This document shows, piece by piece, positions 24,316-38,996 of a DNA stretch of 64,000 nt. Below the pieces are notes generated by a model. That model made no database searches. It had not been told where the DNA came from and saw nothing but the letters and a program-made list of their open reading frames with translations. Positions within the stretch are counted from its first letter, which is position 1. Each line of letters begins with the position of its first letter. A program made the position numbers and the translations under genes. The stretch lies in NCBI GenBank assembly GCA_047967505.1, contig CM106538.1, one strand, 5' to 3'. The DNA comes from Dipteris shenzhenensis (Eukaryota).

Positions 24316-24899
24316 GCCGGAATCCCAAGTCCCAAGTTCCAAATCGATCGAAAGGAACGTTCTCCTCTTCTAGAAAGCCAATATATGAAATGAAATGGAC
24401 AAACACCCACTTTACTACGTAGTAACAAGTGTTTCTCTTATACACAAGTATGTCCCCCCATACATTGATAATTGTATATACGAGTAGCATGACCGGGTTA
24501 GAGACCCGCTTTGCTTAGCATGACCCTTCTACGGTGCCTTTAATTTAAAGGAATGAAATTTTAGCTTTTATTTAAAAATCTCAATATATGAGTGCTTTTT
24601 AGGAAAATTTCAAATTGGATCTTTAGCATTGCTTTTAGTTGGGAAAAATGTTTTTGGTAACATTGCATCTCTCTCTCCCTGTTTAGAGTCGGAGCTCGAC
24701 CAACGGGGTCACAGTAGCCTTGGTTCGACGCAGAGCTACGACCAGGAGACGTGCCAGGATCGCACCTCTGAGTGGCCGACAGCACTCTATTGCCGACTTC
24801 ATGGCTCCACTGCCTCATCCATCTTGATATCTTGCTGTTGCTGGGGTGATGATGATATTGATGATGATGCTGAGATTGATATATAGTCGACCATCGACA

Positions 24900-25947
24900 T
24901 GACCATGTTGTACTTAGGACTTAGTACTGCCATTCTGGAAAAAACACAACCAGTGAAAATCAACGCGCCCACAATAAAAAAGTTTAGGAAGGATCTAGTG
25001 CAATTGTTGATAGAGTTTAAAGTTGTATTTGCTTAGGAATATACCGACATGAAAGAAGTGGATCCAAGTCTCTGTGTGCATCAGATTAACCTCAAGCACG
25101 ATGCAGTGCCAATTGTGCAGTAGAGAAATCAAATGAATCCAAACTATGCAAAGCTGGTGAAAGAAGAAATTGACAAGTTACTTAGAGTTAGTATTATCTA
25201 CCCAATGGATAAGGTCACACGGCTGTCACCCATCTTGATTGTCCAGAAAAAGAATGTCAAATTACAGGTTTGTGTGGACTATAGAAAACTGAATGCAGCC
25301 ACTATAACTAATCCATTTCCTCTGCCCTTTTATGACACAATGTTAAATGCAGTCGTCGGACATGAGGTATATAGTTTTCTTGATGGGTTCAATGGGTAGA
25401 ACCAGATTTGGATGGCTAAGGAAGATAAAGACAAAATGGCATTTGTGATAGAATGGAGGGTGTTCGCCAATAATGTGATGAATTTGGCTTGAAGAATGCA
25501 CCGCCTATATTCTAAGGGTGGATATAGAAGGTGTTTGCACCATATCTTACAACATTTATGAGGGTATTCCTAGATGATTTCAATGTGTTTGGGAAAGAGG
25601 AAGATCACCTTGAACACCTCAGACTGTGTTTTGTCACATGTCAGGAGTCTCGTCTCAGCTTGAATCCAATGAAATGTGCCTTTGCAATCCAAAGGGGGGT
25701 TCTACTAGGGAACATCATTTCCAAAGAAAAAATGGCAATCAACCCAAGAAAAGTAGATGCCATTCAGGAAGACAAGGCACCGTGAAATGCAAAGGAAGTC
25801 ATGCGATTCATTGGCCAAATCAAGTGCATAACCGATTTGTGTGGTACCAGTCCCATGCATGTCAACCTGAAACAAAGTTGACAAAGAAGAACAAACAATA
25901 CATCTGGAAAGAGGATCAGGAGAAAGCACTGCAATTATTGAAAAAGA
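24900..25947 (+). mobile_element. Decayed Gypsy RT fragment related to the pol at 40270-42069
   Basis: MNPNYAKLVKEEIDKLL..VCVDYRKLN..SFLDGFNG and VFLDDFNV; many stops. Confidence 0.85.
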
Positions 25948-27570
25948 TGTAAGTGGGATTGAGACACAGAACTGGGGGTTTAGTTTTGGTCACATCTCCA
26001 AAACACATATTGAAGAGGGAGAAGTAGCTAGCAACACTAAATGAATTAAAAGAGAGGGTTAATCTCTGCCTTTCTATATCAGTAAAAAGATATAGACATC
26101 CAAGGTGAGATTGTACTCTAGCATTGGAAATGAGAAGGGGTGAGGGGAAGCATTGATTTGAGCTAATCTATCAACTCCAAAAGTAAGGGGGAGTCTTTGT
26201 TGAAAGAACATCTTATGGCCTAACATAATGTGAACAGATGTGAAAGGCATAAATTGATAAGGCTGATTGGGCAGAATTGGACGATTAGGAAAAAGCATTT
26301 CTATATCTCAACCAGGCCCAAAGATAAGGCTAAACACAAGGATTATAGAGAATGATACGCCCTATAGCATACTAGGAGGGTGACACATTAATTCAACTTT
26401 ATGAAAGACTGACCAGCTGCACAAAGAGATGGATTGAAAGATCAAGGAACCTCTTATGGAAAACCAATATTGTAGGATCAAAGGGCTTTAAGAGAGCTTT
26501 ACATCCATGTAAGAATAACTAAAATCGAACCCTTGAGGGAAGAGTTGTCGCAGCTTTACTAGAGACTATTAAAATTGTCCCAAAACACAGACCCGGTTAC
26601 TTAGAAAACAATAACTTTTCCTTTTCCACTAAAACCAAAGATATGAATACATCACTAGACAGAGCTTGAAACTATGGAGATTTTAATCTAACTTTTGTGC
26701 GAATCCGAGTTCAAAGTAGAAAGTTATGACCGTTTTACTCGATGTCAAAACTATCTCCAACTTTGGAAGGTGGCAATTTCCCTCAATGTTGGAGAAGCTT
26801 CAATGATTTGTAGTGCATTGAGGTCACCTATAAGAGTAGGAAATGCACTCATAACAAATATGAAAAATAATTCCTCATGTGGACACACAAAGCTTTGAAG
26901 CAAGGAGGGAAGAGATAGAGAAGAATGAGGCAAAGGAAGCATAAACTTTATTCAAGAATGAGGCAAAGGAATCATAAACTATATTCAAGACATCCAAAGT
27001 GAAGAGAGGGATACAACGCGAGAGCCTATTTCTCTAGGGAGAGGGAGAAGGAAGGAAAAGATAGATACAAAGTGATGGCATAGCTACAAAGAGAGAAATG
27101 AGATGCTTGAGAGAGAGGAGAGAGGCCTCTTTTACAAAGGAAATCTCACCCTCCTTCACCTTGTTACATTTCCAGGCTAGTAGATTCCTTCACCTGTTGG
27201 TGACATAAGGGCATGGGTCACCACCATCAAATGTCCTTTTGGGCACATTTTGACAAGTTTCCCATCACAAGATCCTCATGACTCTTTAAAATTTGAGAAA
27301 GTCAAGAGTCTTCCCCTTTGGAGCCCATAGGGACCCTCTCTTTTCCACATGTCAACGTCCTCCATATTTGACATGGGTATTCTAGAAGGATTCCTCTTGA
27401 CTCTACACTCCTCCACATGGCTTCCATGTACTTGGTATGTGCCCTCCATATTACTTTAGTGCATTATTGAGTCCATGTAGTCATTTGGCCCACTCAAAAT
27501 ACTTGACTCATTTCTATTTTCCCAATACAAACTAATAATATTTCACCCCAAACACTCTATTCCCATACCA
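25948..27570 (-). repeat. Putative long LTR
   Basis: Cuts the RT fragment abruptly at TGTAAGTGGGATTGAG; imperfect inverted match ctctattcccatacca at 27570; minus-strand TATA-like site followed by a CT-rich tract near 27130. No TSD or partner. Confidence 0.35.
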
Positions 27571-28402
27571 AGGTATGTATGATTCATACTCATGGTATTT
27601 ACAAATATTCAATCCACTCATACTCACATACCACACTACTAAATTATTACTACATGAGCGATCATCATCAGACAATCACCATGCTGTACTGGAGACTAGC
27701 TGCTGCTGTTGCTACCACTGTCGTCCCTTGTCATCGTCGTCTCTTACTACCAACTTCTTCATCACGCTACTTGGTCCTCATGTCTTTTGTCGCATTATCT
27801 TGTGGGTCCCACAAGCTTATTTCACAAGTATTTTTTGTTGCAAAGCCTCTTAGATATGTACAAAGTCAAGATTGGAAAATATTAATTTTTGGTGTCACAT
27901 CTTTCTCCCCCAAGTAGATCCCCAAGCTTGTCTTGGGGGTCTGCTAGCCATGGTGTTTGAGGGTAAAAGATCTTTAACCGATACTCCTTGGTATGTCTAG
28001 GAAGCTCTTGAGAATTTGCATCCTCCAAATTACTGCAGAACTACTTGATGCCTTGATATTACTCAAGATAAATTGGGATGGTTTGCAGAGTGTGCCAATA
28101 GTAGTACCTACAGTTAGTGTGCCACCAGTAGTACCTACAGTAAGTGTGAAAGCAGTAGTACCTACAATAAGTGTGCTACCAATAGCAAGTGCGCCACTAG
28201 TAGCATATCATTTTGAGGTACTACACCCCGCAACCACCATGGCGTTAAGTACTGGTACTCCATCTCTTGCTCAAACTATAAGAAAGCAAGTGAGTCATCC
28301 CAAGGCACAGGATCAACTTCCACAGCTATTCCAAGAAAGAGATAAAAAAGAACTCTACCTCCACGAGTAGACCGAGTAAGTGCATGTTATTTAGCACTAG
28401 GT

Positions 28403-29905
28403 GAGCAATTGAATAGTGACAATGAGGCTATAGAGTCCGAGGAAGAAGATGCATTTGCTGGATTTTCTGTAAGTGTGGAAAATTTACATCCTCCTGAAGA
28501 CGAGGGATATATTTGGGGATTGGTACAATTTCTCGTCATCACATTGCTCATTGATTAAGCTTCCTTGTTCACAAATCAACGGAATCTAGATGTGCATTTT
28601 GCACTCAAGTTGTATGAAGAGACTAATAATGCCAAAACGACATTTGTAGGCAATGTCACTCTTCATCCTATGAAGTTTGTGAGGCTTCTAGAAGATGATC
28701 GTTAGTTGAAGGAAGTCACATTTCACAAGCATGGAGATTTTATCAAAGCCCTCAAAGAGTTTAAAGATAGTGACTTTGCTCGTGAAGCTGATCTCTACCA
28801 GAGTAGATATGGAAATGACATCGAGAAGAGATATATGCTTGCAAAGAACAGGGTCCTTGATAGATGCAGGTTTGAGCCCATTGATGGGCAGCACTTTTGC
28901 GAAGCTTGTAGAATCGCCCTTGAAGAGGGACGAGAGACTTGAATCACACTCAGTATCTACAAAAGTTTCAACGGGTCATCTATCATATATGCTTATTTAA
29001 TGATGACTGAAAATATATTATTGAATTCGAAAGGTTGAATCTCGTTCCGTTGACTAGGACGAAAAACTCAACTCTTTCCAAGATCCTAACAAAGGCAAGG
29101 GAGTTATGGATCGCGGCTCACCACAAACAGTAAAGGGAAGGAGACCTACCAGTGAATACAATATGAAGCAGACTCATTTTTATAGATGCTTGAAGGGCTA
29201 CACAATCACCCCTGCAGGACTTGAAGACCGCAGTTGCAAGATATGGGGACTTTACTTGCATAGTGTTGCATGAGGAGTCAATCTTTCAAATTATCTTTGA
29301 TGTTTGTAAAGCATATGAAGTAGGAAAGATATCTTATGAGGCACCAGAGCATGCAATAGGTCAAAAAAAAACAACAATAAAGCAACTGACTATTGTTTGG
29401 TGGAGACCATTATAGTACGTTCCAGATGAAATAACGAATGATATATGCCAACAGTTGCTTGATGGTGACTGCTTCTTTGGGAAGAAGAGCAAGCATAGTC
29501 ACTTAGATGTAGTCAACAGAATGGTCAGAAGCGAAGCTGCTTTATCGGCAGTAATGTTTTCATTGAATTCAAATCAAGAGTTGGCTGGCAAAGTTGCTAA
29601 TAAGCAAAAAGTTATTGGTCTTGGTCAAATGATTGACAAGTTGTGGGCCAAAAAGTGGGTGTGTTCCTTAGACGTGGATGGCACTCCAACAAAGGATGCA
29701 AGAGGAAAGATGCCAAAGATTCTAGAGAAAGAGTATGCAAAGATCAAGAAGAATACCTTGGCACTAAACTTGTAAAGTACTGTAGCAGCAGCTGGTTTAG
29801 CCTTCAGCTTCTCTTATGAGATCCTCTTATCAAAGGAGGATACAAAATATGTACGTGTCAATGGCATTAATATAGAGCGCTTCATGGCAATGAGCTGTGA
29901 TGCTT
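28403..29905 (+). pseudogene. Decayed ORF, N-terminal part, with ParB/DGQHR-like motifs
   Basis: One frame with two stops carries NQRNLDVHFALKL (28574) and FEPIDGQHFCEAC (28871). After a frameshift comes YIIEFERLN..STLSKILTKARELW, then ORF pieces 29221-29415 and 29455-29775. Confidence 0.5.
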
Positions 29906-32044
29906 TGTAGCATCATAAATGCGTGCAAACGCTACGGGAAGCAATAGACAAACGATACGCACAACATCCATGAGAATGGAATACAGATATGCAAGAGATA
30001 GAATGCTGAAGAATATTGTATTCTAGAGCAATAGCTTGCACAACATTTGTGTACACAATGATCTCAAAATGCTATTAATAGCACGCATACAGAACCATCT
30101 AATGGTTAAAGAAACAACCGTTGAAGACTACAACCACTCGGAGATCTGAACTGTCAACCTTGGGGGCTAACCTACCCTTGCACATCCCTCTAGGTCACTA
30201 CTGTGATAACCTGCATGGTTATGCAATAACACATGGCACTCACAGTAGACTTAGCAAACCACACATGCACATCCCCTTATTGAAGTTAGATGCCTTACAC
30301 AATGCAAAGTGTATGTGCAACAATCATTTTAGGCATAGCCTCGGTAGAGAACCAGGTTCGGTAAGTTAAATCTCTCTCTTCACTCAGTACACAAGAATTA
30401 CCAAGCATCTCATTTCGAAAAACAATCAAGAAAACATCCACTCTCTATAGTCGCAATGCCTATCTAAACGTCCTTTTTTTATTTCTCCTCCCTGTCCAAA
30501 AGCATCCCCGTGTTTCGGACATCTTCGATGTTGCCTATCCAAAAGCAACCACTATAGTGACGTATGCGTTTTGCTGCATAATGACACTTTATTCTGCGAG
30601 GCCCTTCCGTAGCCATTGCCATAGTTCTACTCTTCATCTAAACTAGAAATGTACTGAACAGGCGCAACAATGTCACCCCTCTTGCTCAGTCCTGCATCAC
30701 TGCTCTCACGCAACTCTGTCGGCAACTGTGTCGCTGCTCCACTCAAACCAGCATCTGCAGTCATCTCTAACTGCTGCTTTTGCATGAACATCTTCAATCT
30801 TTGCTCCTGCTCCAGATCCATCAGCCATTGCAATGGATGAGGCTTAGATCTATTCACTACTTGTTCAGGCCACTGCTCTGTGGAGTAATACTTCATCTAT
30901 CCATGCACCCAGTGATAATTGCTATTGCCATCATTCCTGTGCCGTCGCAGGTCTTTGAATCACCATTGGCTCATAGGAAGGGGGATCTGGTAAACTTGGA
31001 AAAGGTATTTTCTTACTAAAATACTTTCCCATAAACTTATCAGCCTCTTTTCACCAAGGAGGACGAGGAGGCAATGACAGACTGAAAGAATGAGTGCACA
31101 ATTCCAACCACAAACAAAGTGAATGCCTCTGTTGCTTCAGGTTCAGCGCATCAATTCTTTTGCAGTTGTGGAGAACAACTTCCACAATGCCTTTTGCCAG
31201 CTCTTCATATTTGGCTTGCCAATCCTCTTCAATTTGCACTATCTCCGCAACCACTCCTTTTCCCTTATCTGTACCACCACCACCCGAAGAAGTGCTAGAC
31301 CCTTTTGGTCCTAGTCGGCACCTGCGGACCTTGTTGCTAACCAGAACCCGCACTAGCACTCGCATCTGCATACGGCCTGGTTTGTCATTCGTGTAGAACC
31401 AGCTCCCATCGACAGGTCTGCAAAACAACAGCCGCACTCCATTTGGCCACCTGTTTATCCCATTCTGCCCTCGCATCACCCTGAAGAGCTTCTAGGAGTG
31501 AGCCCATCTGCTCCATGTTAACACTGCAAATACTTCACTAATGCATCAGTAGTACATCGACGTAGCAACTCAACGCTTGACACATACTCCGCATGTAGCC
31601 GCTACATGGCCTCCGAATGTGCCTCCACCACTTGAACTTTGGCTTCAAGGACTGACATTTGGTTCTCTAGTTGCCACACCCGCTCCTGCTAACCTTGCAG
31701 AGACTCATTTTCCATGTGCAACTATGTGACTTCCGCCTCCAGATTGGTCACTCTAGCAGATTCGCCCCCCGTACCAATTTGTGAAGCTATTCGTGCGAGC
31801 AAATGTGAACAAAACCACAGCTGGACATGCATAGGGTGCAACCAAAAATTGAACCCGGTAGAAGACACTGGCGATACACCTTCTGACTCTGAGATCACCG
31901 TTAACACTTTTGCCACCAACACCCTTGCCGCATCAGTGAGACTACCATTGATGTTGTAGTAGTCTCTGCAATTGTTGTTGTTGTACTCTGCTGAAGCTGC
32001 TCCATCCATCATTGCGTCAGGGGACCTCCCACCATTGGAGTACC

Positions 32045-35000
32045 TGAAACCAAAAGGTAATCTTTACAACACAAAATCACCACTTAATCAATTAGAGAGG
32101 AAGAGCACAATCACACCACAAAAATGACCGCAGACTGGGTACAATCTCCCCCCCTAGATGAGTGGCTCACGCTTCCTCATCTAGAGTATTTATGATATTC
32201 CATAAAAGCACTAAGGAGCCAAATTTATCCCTCTCATCCAAAAATGAGGGATTTGCTTTACATAGCCATCTTAGGGCCCAAAAATGAATTATGTCCACTA
32301 AAATATATTGCTCAAACTTGCAATAATAAAACAAATACAAAATTGGCCCATGGCCATATATAATGCGCTGTGCGACACTCCGATCGATACCCTCGCACTA
32401 ATCCAATCCTCGCTATGAGTTCCATTACTTGTACTCAAGCCGCCAATTATATTAGTTATTAACAATCAATTGAATGAATCACCGAATCAACCGATCCCAA
32501 CGTAACCGCGCTCAAAGCATAATAATCAAGCACAACACCAATAACACTAGCAACATCAGTATTAACATGGAATCACCCACAATACTCAGGCATCCACTGA
32601 GCATCATCTCTCCGATGATTCTTAAATTTGAGCAAGTACTTAGTATAGACATTTCCTTTTCGGGTAAGGATTTGTTGATGATCAATAATGCATTCAAGCT
32701 CTAGAATTTCTTCTTCATCAACAATCAATGGAGCCTCTTCATAGATAGGATGAATAGGTAAAGGTCCTTTGAAGGGCTTTAAGAGGATGATATGGAAAGC
32801 ATTATGTATTTTCCAATTATCAGGTAATTCAAGCCTATAAGCTAGATCATTGATTTTTTGAATCACCTTGAATAGTCCATAAAAACGTGGTGACATCTTG
32901 ATTACTGGGCATTTCTCAACACTCTTCAATCTTCTTTTCTCAATCCGAAGAAGTACATAATCGCCTTTTTTAAAAAACATGTGTTTCTGTTTCTTATTAG
33001 CTTGTTTTGTGTACTTCTCTTGAGCAATTGCAATGGCTTCTTGAACCTCTTTGAGAATATTTTGAAAGTCATGGGTAAATGCATCTGCTGCTTCCACTCT
33101 ATGGGTCAATCGTGTGATAGGAATAGGTAAAACCTTCCCATAGATAATCTCAAAGGGTGCTCTTCCAGTTGCAGAATGAGGAGTATTATTATAAGCACAT
33201 TATAAGAGATGAATGTATTTATCCCAAGTCTTTGGTTGACTTCCGACATAAGCTCTTATCATATCCAGAATAGTACTATTTGTAACTTTAGTTTGTCCAT
33301 TCGATTCTAGATGAAAAGCTGATGAGAAATCTAACTTAGCACCTAGATTATGAAATAATGTAGTCTAGAAATTACTACAAAACTTTGAATCTCGATCAGA
33401 CACTATAATCTTTGGCAAGCCATGATGAACAAAGATATGCTTGATGAATAAATGTGTAGCTTGCTGAGCTGTTAAAGTCTTCTTGCATGGGATGAAATAA
33501 GCTTGCTTACTAAAGTGATCTACTATTGTCCAAATCATATCATTTTGATTCGCTATAGTAGGAAAACCTGTTATGAAATCCATGGATATTTGTTCCCTAG
33601 GTTGCGTAGGAATAAGCAAATGCATTAGCAATCTTAGGGTCTTTCCTTTGTAACTCTTGATCTTCTAGCAAGTGATGCATTCGGCTACAAACTTAGCCAC
33701 ATCTTTTCTTATAGTAGGCCAATGAAATTCTCTTGCTATCACTTGTAAGGTGGCAGTCACTCCCCTATGTCCCATATATGGTGGGTGGTGCATTTCTACC
33801 ATTACAATTTGTCTAAAGGATCGAGTGATGCATAATTTATTTTGATAAAAGAGGTATCCATCATTGCATGAATAGTTCAACATAGGATTCCAATTGTTAT
33901 TCTCTAATTTGTTCCATATATCAGAAAAGTCTAGATCCCCTTGATAGGAATTCTTCATACTTTCGAAAGGTTGGGTCTCTACAGCAGTGATGTGATTAAT
34001 ACTTGGCTTTCTACTAAGAGCATTAGCAACTACATTTTCTTTTCCAGGTTGATACTGAATCATGGGTTGAAAAATCTATATAAATGATGCCCACTTGATG
34101 TGCCTATTGGATATTAGTGGTTGAGTCAACAAATGATTGATACTTTGCTAATTGATTTTGATAAGAAACTCAGATCCCGTCAAATAATGTTTCCATATTC
34201 GTAAGGCATGTACAACGGTGGTTAATTCTTTATCACATGTACTATAATTGCATTCCATTGGTTTTAATTTTTGGCTCTCATATGCTATTGGATGTCCATC
34301 TTGCATAAGCACGGTTCCAATTCCATATCCACTAGCATCGATTACAACTACAAAGAATGGTTTAGAGAAATTGGGTAGTTGCAACATAGGAGCTTGTGTG
34401 AGAGCTTCTTTCAAAGTTGTAAAAGATTTTTCTCGACACTCAGCCCATAAGAAATGCTTAGCTTTTCTAAGAAGGTCTGTCAATGGATGTGCAATGTATG
34501 CGAAATTCTTGACAAACTTTCTATAAAAGCTACACATTTCAAGAATGATCTCAATTCATGTATATCTCGGGGTTTAGGCCATGTGACTATGCACTTAATC
34601 TTCTTTGGATCTACTCGAATCCCATCGATGGATACAATGTGACCCAAATACTCTATCTGATCTTGAAAGAAACTGCTCTTTTTAGGATTTATGTACAATT
34701 GATTTTCTTTCAAGAGTGAAAAGACTAGCTTCAGATGTTCCTTATGCTCCTCAACATCTTTGCTAAACACCAGAATATCATCGAAAAATACTACCACACA
34801 ATCTTGGTGTTTAAGAAAGATTCGGTTCATCATTCTACTAAAAGTAGTTGGAGCATTAGTTAGCCCAAAAGGCATAACTAGAAACTCATAATGTCCCGTT
34901 TGAGTTCTAAAGGCAGTATTGTATATATCCTCTTCTACCATACAAACTTGATGATAGCTAGATTTGAGATCTATCTTACTAAAGATCTTGGCCCCTTTCA

Positions 35001-38000
35001 ATTTGTCCAAAAGATCATCAATCCTAGGGATTGGATATTTGTTCTTCACTGTGATTTTGTTTAGTGCACGATAGTCTATGCACATTCAATAAGTTCCATT
35101 TTTCTTTTTGACTAATAAGATAGGTACTCCATAAGGAGAACTACTGGGTCTTATCAATCCTCTCTCTATCAGTTCCTCCACTTGCTTTTGTATTTCCTTT
35201 TGCTTTAGCTGTTTAACTCTGTAAGGAGCTTTGCAAGGTGAAGTATTGCCTGGTAGGATTTCTATCCTATGATCTTCAGGTCAAGAACATGGTAGTCCAG
35301 GCGGTAAATTCTCTAAGAAACAATCAAAAAATTGAGAAAGAAACTTTTGGTGTGTAGGCTTAGTGTTTGACCGAGTAGCGTATTCACCAAAATGAGATAT
35401 GTCTTCTCACGTTTTCTAATTGCTCTTTTGGCTTGTGTGTGGTTGAGTAAAGGACTAACCTCAGATTTCATTGAGCTTTTCAGACATATTTCTTATCTAT
35501 CCTTCTCAATCCACATCTGATGTGAATCGTAGTCTATCTTAGGATTGTATTGATGTCTCCATGGCATTCCTAAGATGATGTCCACTCCCTATAGGGGTGC
35601 CACTAGAAAGTCTCGTGTATCCTTGTAAGGTTTGATTGAGATTTCAAGATTCTTGACTTCTCTAGTACAATTGTACTTTGTTTTGGTAAAAGTAGCTTTG
35701 ACCTTATAGTTAGATGGAAAAGACTCTAGGTTTAGCTTTGCTAAGGTTCTTTCCGAAATGAAATCATGTGTACTACCATCGTCATGCAAAATAACAACCT
35801 TTGCCATTAATGAAACCTTTTATCTTTAAAAGAGCATGACAATTATACTTATCTCCCTCTTGCTTGGCTGCTTCGTCGTCAATCATGTGTACTTTTATTG
35901 TCGGGGTCTTCTTTCTTTCAGGAAACTCAGTGGCTATGTATCCCACCTTGTTGCATTTGAAACACCTTATTTCTTTCTTTGGAAAATTCCCACCGTTTGG
36001 CTTCGAAGAAGAATCTGTCTTTTGTGGAGCAAAACCATTTTTAGATTTAAAGAAAGGCTTTTTATCAAATCTCTTTTTCTTATGGAAAGGTACATGCCAT
36101 TCTAAATCTTTCCCTTCATTTGGGATCCCATTCTTCCTTTCACAATTCATTGCAAGAGAAATTGCTGAGCTCAGTGAGCGAGGATGAAACATGTTAATCT
36201 TGGCTCACAACTTAGACTTTAGACCTGCCACATACTTTCTGCATTGATCTCACTCATTAACTTTCTCTAAGGATTGTAATTGGATCAACGTTTGCTAAAA
36301 TCTATCAGTATATGTGGAGATCATTTCCTTATCGAACTGTCTGAAAGTATCCCACTGTTGTCTAGCTTTTGCTTTAAAATGTGAGGGAAGGAAATCTCTC
36401 TTGATGAGCTTTTGAAAAGACTTCCAAGATTTTGGTCGCCTTTTACTATGCTTAGTGATGTTCCACCAAAGTGCAGCACTCTCTACTAAATGATTTGCAG
36501 CACATTTAATCTTATCTTTTTCGGAGAATTTCTCCCCCGAAAAATAATCATCTAGCTAATTGAGATCCAAGATAAGACAGTGTGTGCTTCTTTCTTTCCA
36601 TTAAAATTTTGAAATGAGAACGCTTTTCTACTTATCTTGCTCTCTTTCCTCGAATTTTGAGCTCTCAGTGTGGCTTTGATTGTCGTGATAATAGTATCAT
36701 CGTCGGATGACTCATCGTCAGATGAATGTCTTTTCCTTTTCTTACCAAATGTTGATTTTCTTTTCCGATTTCTCCCTATGCTCACGCTCATCGGCCAACT
36801 GTCCTGAAGTGCATCTAACTACGCTTGGAGCGTGGGTGGTTGTGGTTGATGCACCATGATAATGCAATAAGTACAAATAAAGCGGAGCGGAGAAAAATAA
36901 AGATACTAAGTGTATGAGAATTAAACGGATCAAAAAGTGCGATTCGAGTGTATGATAAGAAATGGATGGTGGAAGATACTAAGTGTATGAAATATGAAGA
37001 AAAAGAAATCACTTATCTCGCTCTCTGATCGGAGGTGGAAAGGACTAGAGTGGGAGATAGGTGACCAATGATGTCGCTCGTAGTCGTCTTTGCGCTCGAC
37101 TGATTTCTCCCTATGCTCACGCTCATCGGCCAACTGTGCTTGAAGTGCATCGAACTACTCTTGGAGCGTGGGTGGTTGTGGTTGATGCACCATGATAATC
37201 CAATAAGTACAAATAAAGCGGAGCGGAGAAAAATAAAGATACTAAGTGTATGAGAATTAAACGGATGAAAAAGTGCGATTCGAGTGTATGGTAAGAAATG
37301 GATGGTGGAAGATACTAAGTGTATGAAATATAAAGAAAAAGAAATCACTTATCTCGCTCTTTGATCGGAGGTGGAAAGGACTAGAGTGGGAGATAGGTGA
37401 CCAATGATGTCACTCGTAGTCGTCTTTGCACTCGACTGATCACCAATTAATTACTCGGTGATTCGTGGTTCCAATCTACCTTCTTGATGTGAGCTTCTTT
37501 AGATTTTGCCTTGCTCTCTGTTTCTTTTCTTTTAAATGCGCCTTCAATGGTCAGTGGAATATGCTCGCACTTTGTGTTGCAGTACACTAAGAAAAGGGGA
37601 AAAAAAAAAGAACGTCTCTTTTTTTTTAATTTAAATAAATGAATCCCTTTTGAGGGCCTTTTAACCTTAGGGTACCTTTATTTGAAGTCAAAGGAATTTC
37701 CTTTGACTTAATTCGTACAAGCCTTCAATTTTTTGAGCAACGTGCAATTGGTGCTATGATGAGGCCATAGGACTGCAGGTCCGCTGACACGATGGCGTAG
37801 CAGAAGACAAACAAGGTGTCTATAGAATTCTGCGCTGCTCGGCTCCTTCTCCCAAAACCGACGGCTCTCTTTTAAAAAAATAAATAAATATTGGAGATCT
37901 GTAGAACCGCGCACGGGCAGATGTTGCTATAACAAACCAAGAGCTGCTACTCACTGTAAGTTTGCAAAATCGAGTCCTTATCCATAAAGGCCGCCTCTAG

Positions 38001-38996
38001 ATTACGTACGCCATGGGATTGCAAGCTGCACCGCATTGCTGCCCGCATTCACAGAGGGCAAGAGACTACTTTCCCAAGGTCTTTTAGAAGGCTGGCGAAA
38101 AAAAAACTGCAGGTGCCGATGACTTAATGAGCCGGGGGCGGGTGCGCTAACCAAAATCCTACGGATGACTGCATATGGGGCGTGCGCAGTCCAAGAAACT
38201 TTCGAGTCCAGAAGCCGCTTCTCTTCAATTGCTGCCAACAAGGCGCTGCGCAGTGCGCAGTCCAAGAAAAAGGAAGATCCTTAGGCTCTAGAGGGCTCTA
38301 GGCTCCACTTCGTTAATGCAAGCTCTCTTTTCCCATGAAGTCTGATTCTGCACGCGAGTCAGGTGGTCCTCTTGAATCCTCCTCACTCCAGAGGACTTCA
38401 ATTTTCACAGAAAGGAGATTCTCTTTTCTTCCTCCAAAAGAGCGTAACCTCTTGCTCTAATACCACTGAAACCAGAAGGTAATCTTTACAACACAAAATC
38501 ACCACTTAATCAATTAGAGAGGAAGAGCACAATCACACCACTAAAACGACCGCAGACTGGGTACAATCTCCCCCCCCTAGATGAGGGGCTCAAGCTTCCT
38601 CATCTAGAATATTCCATAAAAGCACCAAGGAGCCAAAATTATCCCTCTCATCCAAAAATGAGGGATTTGCTTTACATAGCCATCTTAGGGCCAAAAAATG
38701 AATTATGTCCACTAAAATATATTGCTCAAACTTGCAATAATAAAACAAATACAAAATTGGCCCATGGCCATATATAATGCGCTGTGCGACACCTTGATCG
38801 GTACCCTCGCACTAACTCCAATCCTCGCTATGAGTTCCATCACCTGAACTCAAGCCGCCAATTATATTAGTTATTAACAATCGATTGAACAAATCACCGA
38901 ATCAACTGATCCCAACATAACCGCACTCAAAGCACAATAATCAAGCACAACACCAATAACACTAGCAACATTAGTATTAACATGGGATCACCCACA
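32045..38996 (-). mobile_element. Near full-length chromovirus Gypsy element 5 nested in element 4
   Basis: LTRs at 32045-32581 and 38467-38996; TSD GTACC/ATACC (one mismatch); PBS TGGTATTAGAGC at 38454-38465; gag ~35782-36790; PR 35589-35807; RT 34480-35085 (VFFDDILV); RH 34148-34537; INT 33100-34063; chromodomain YLLKFKNH..QWMPE. Confidence 0.93.
36767..37440. repeat. ~335-bp tandem duplication at the leader/gag start of element 5
   Basis: ctcacgctcatcggccaactg at 36781 recurs at 37116; the two units are near-identical. Confidence 0.92.
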
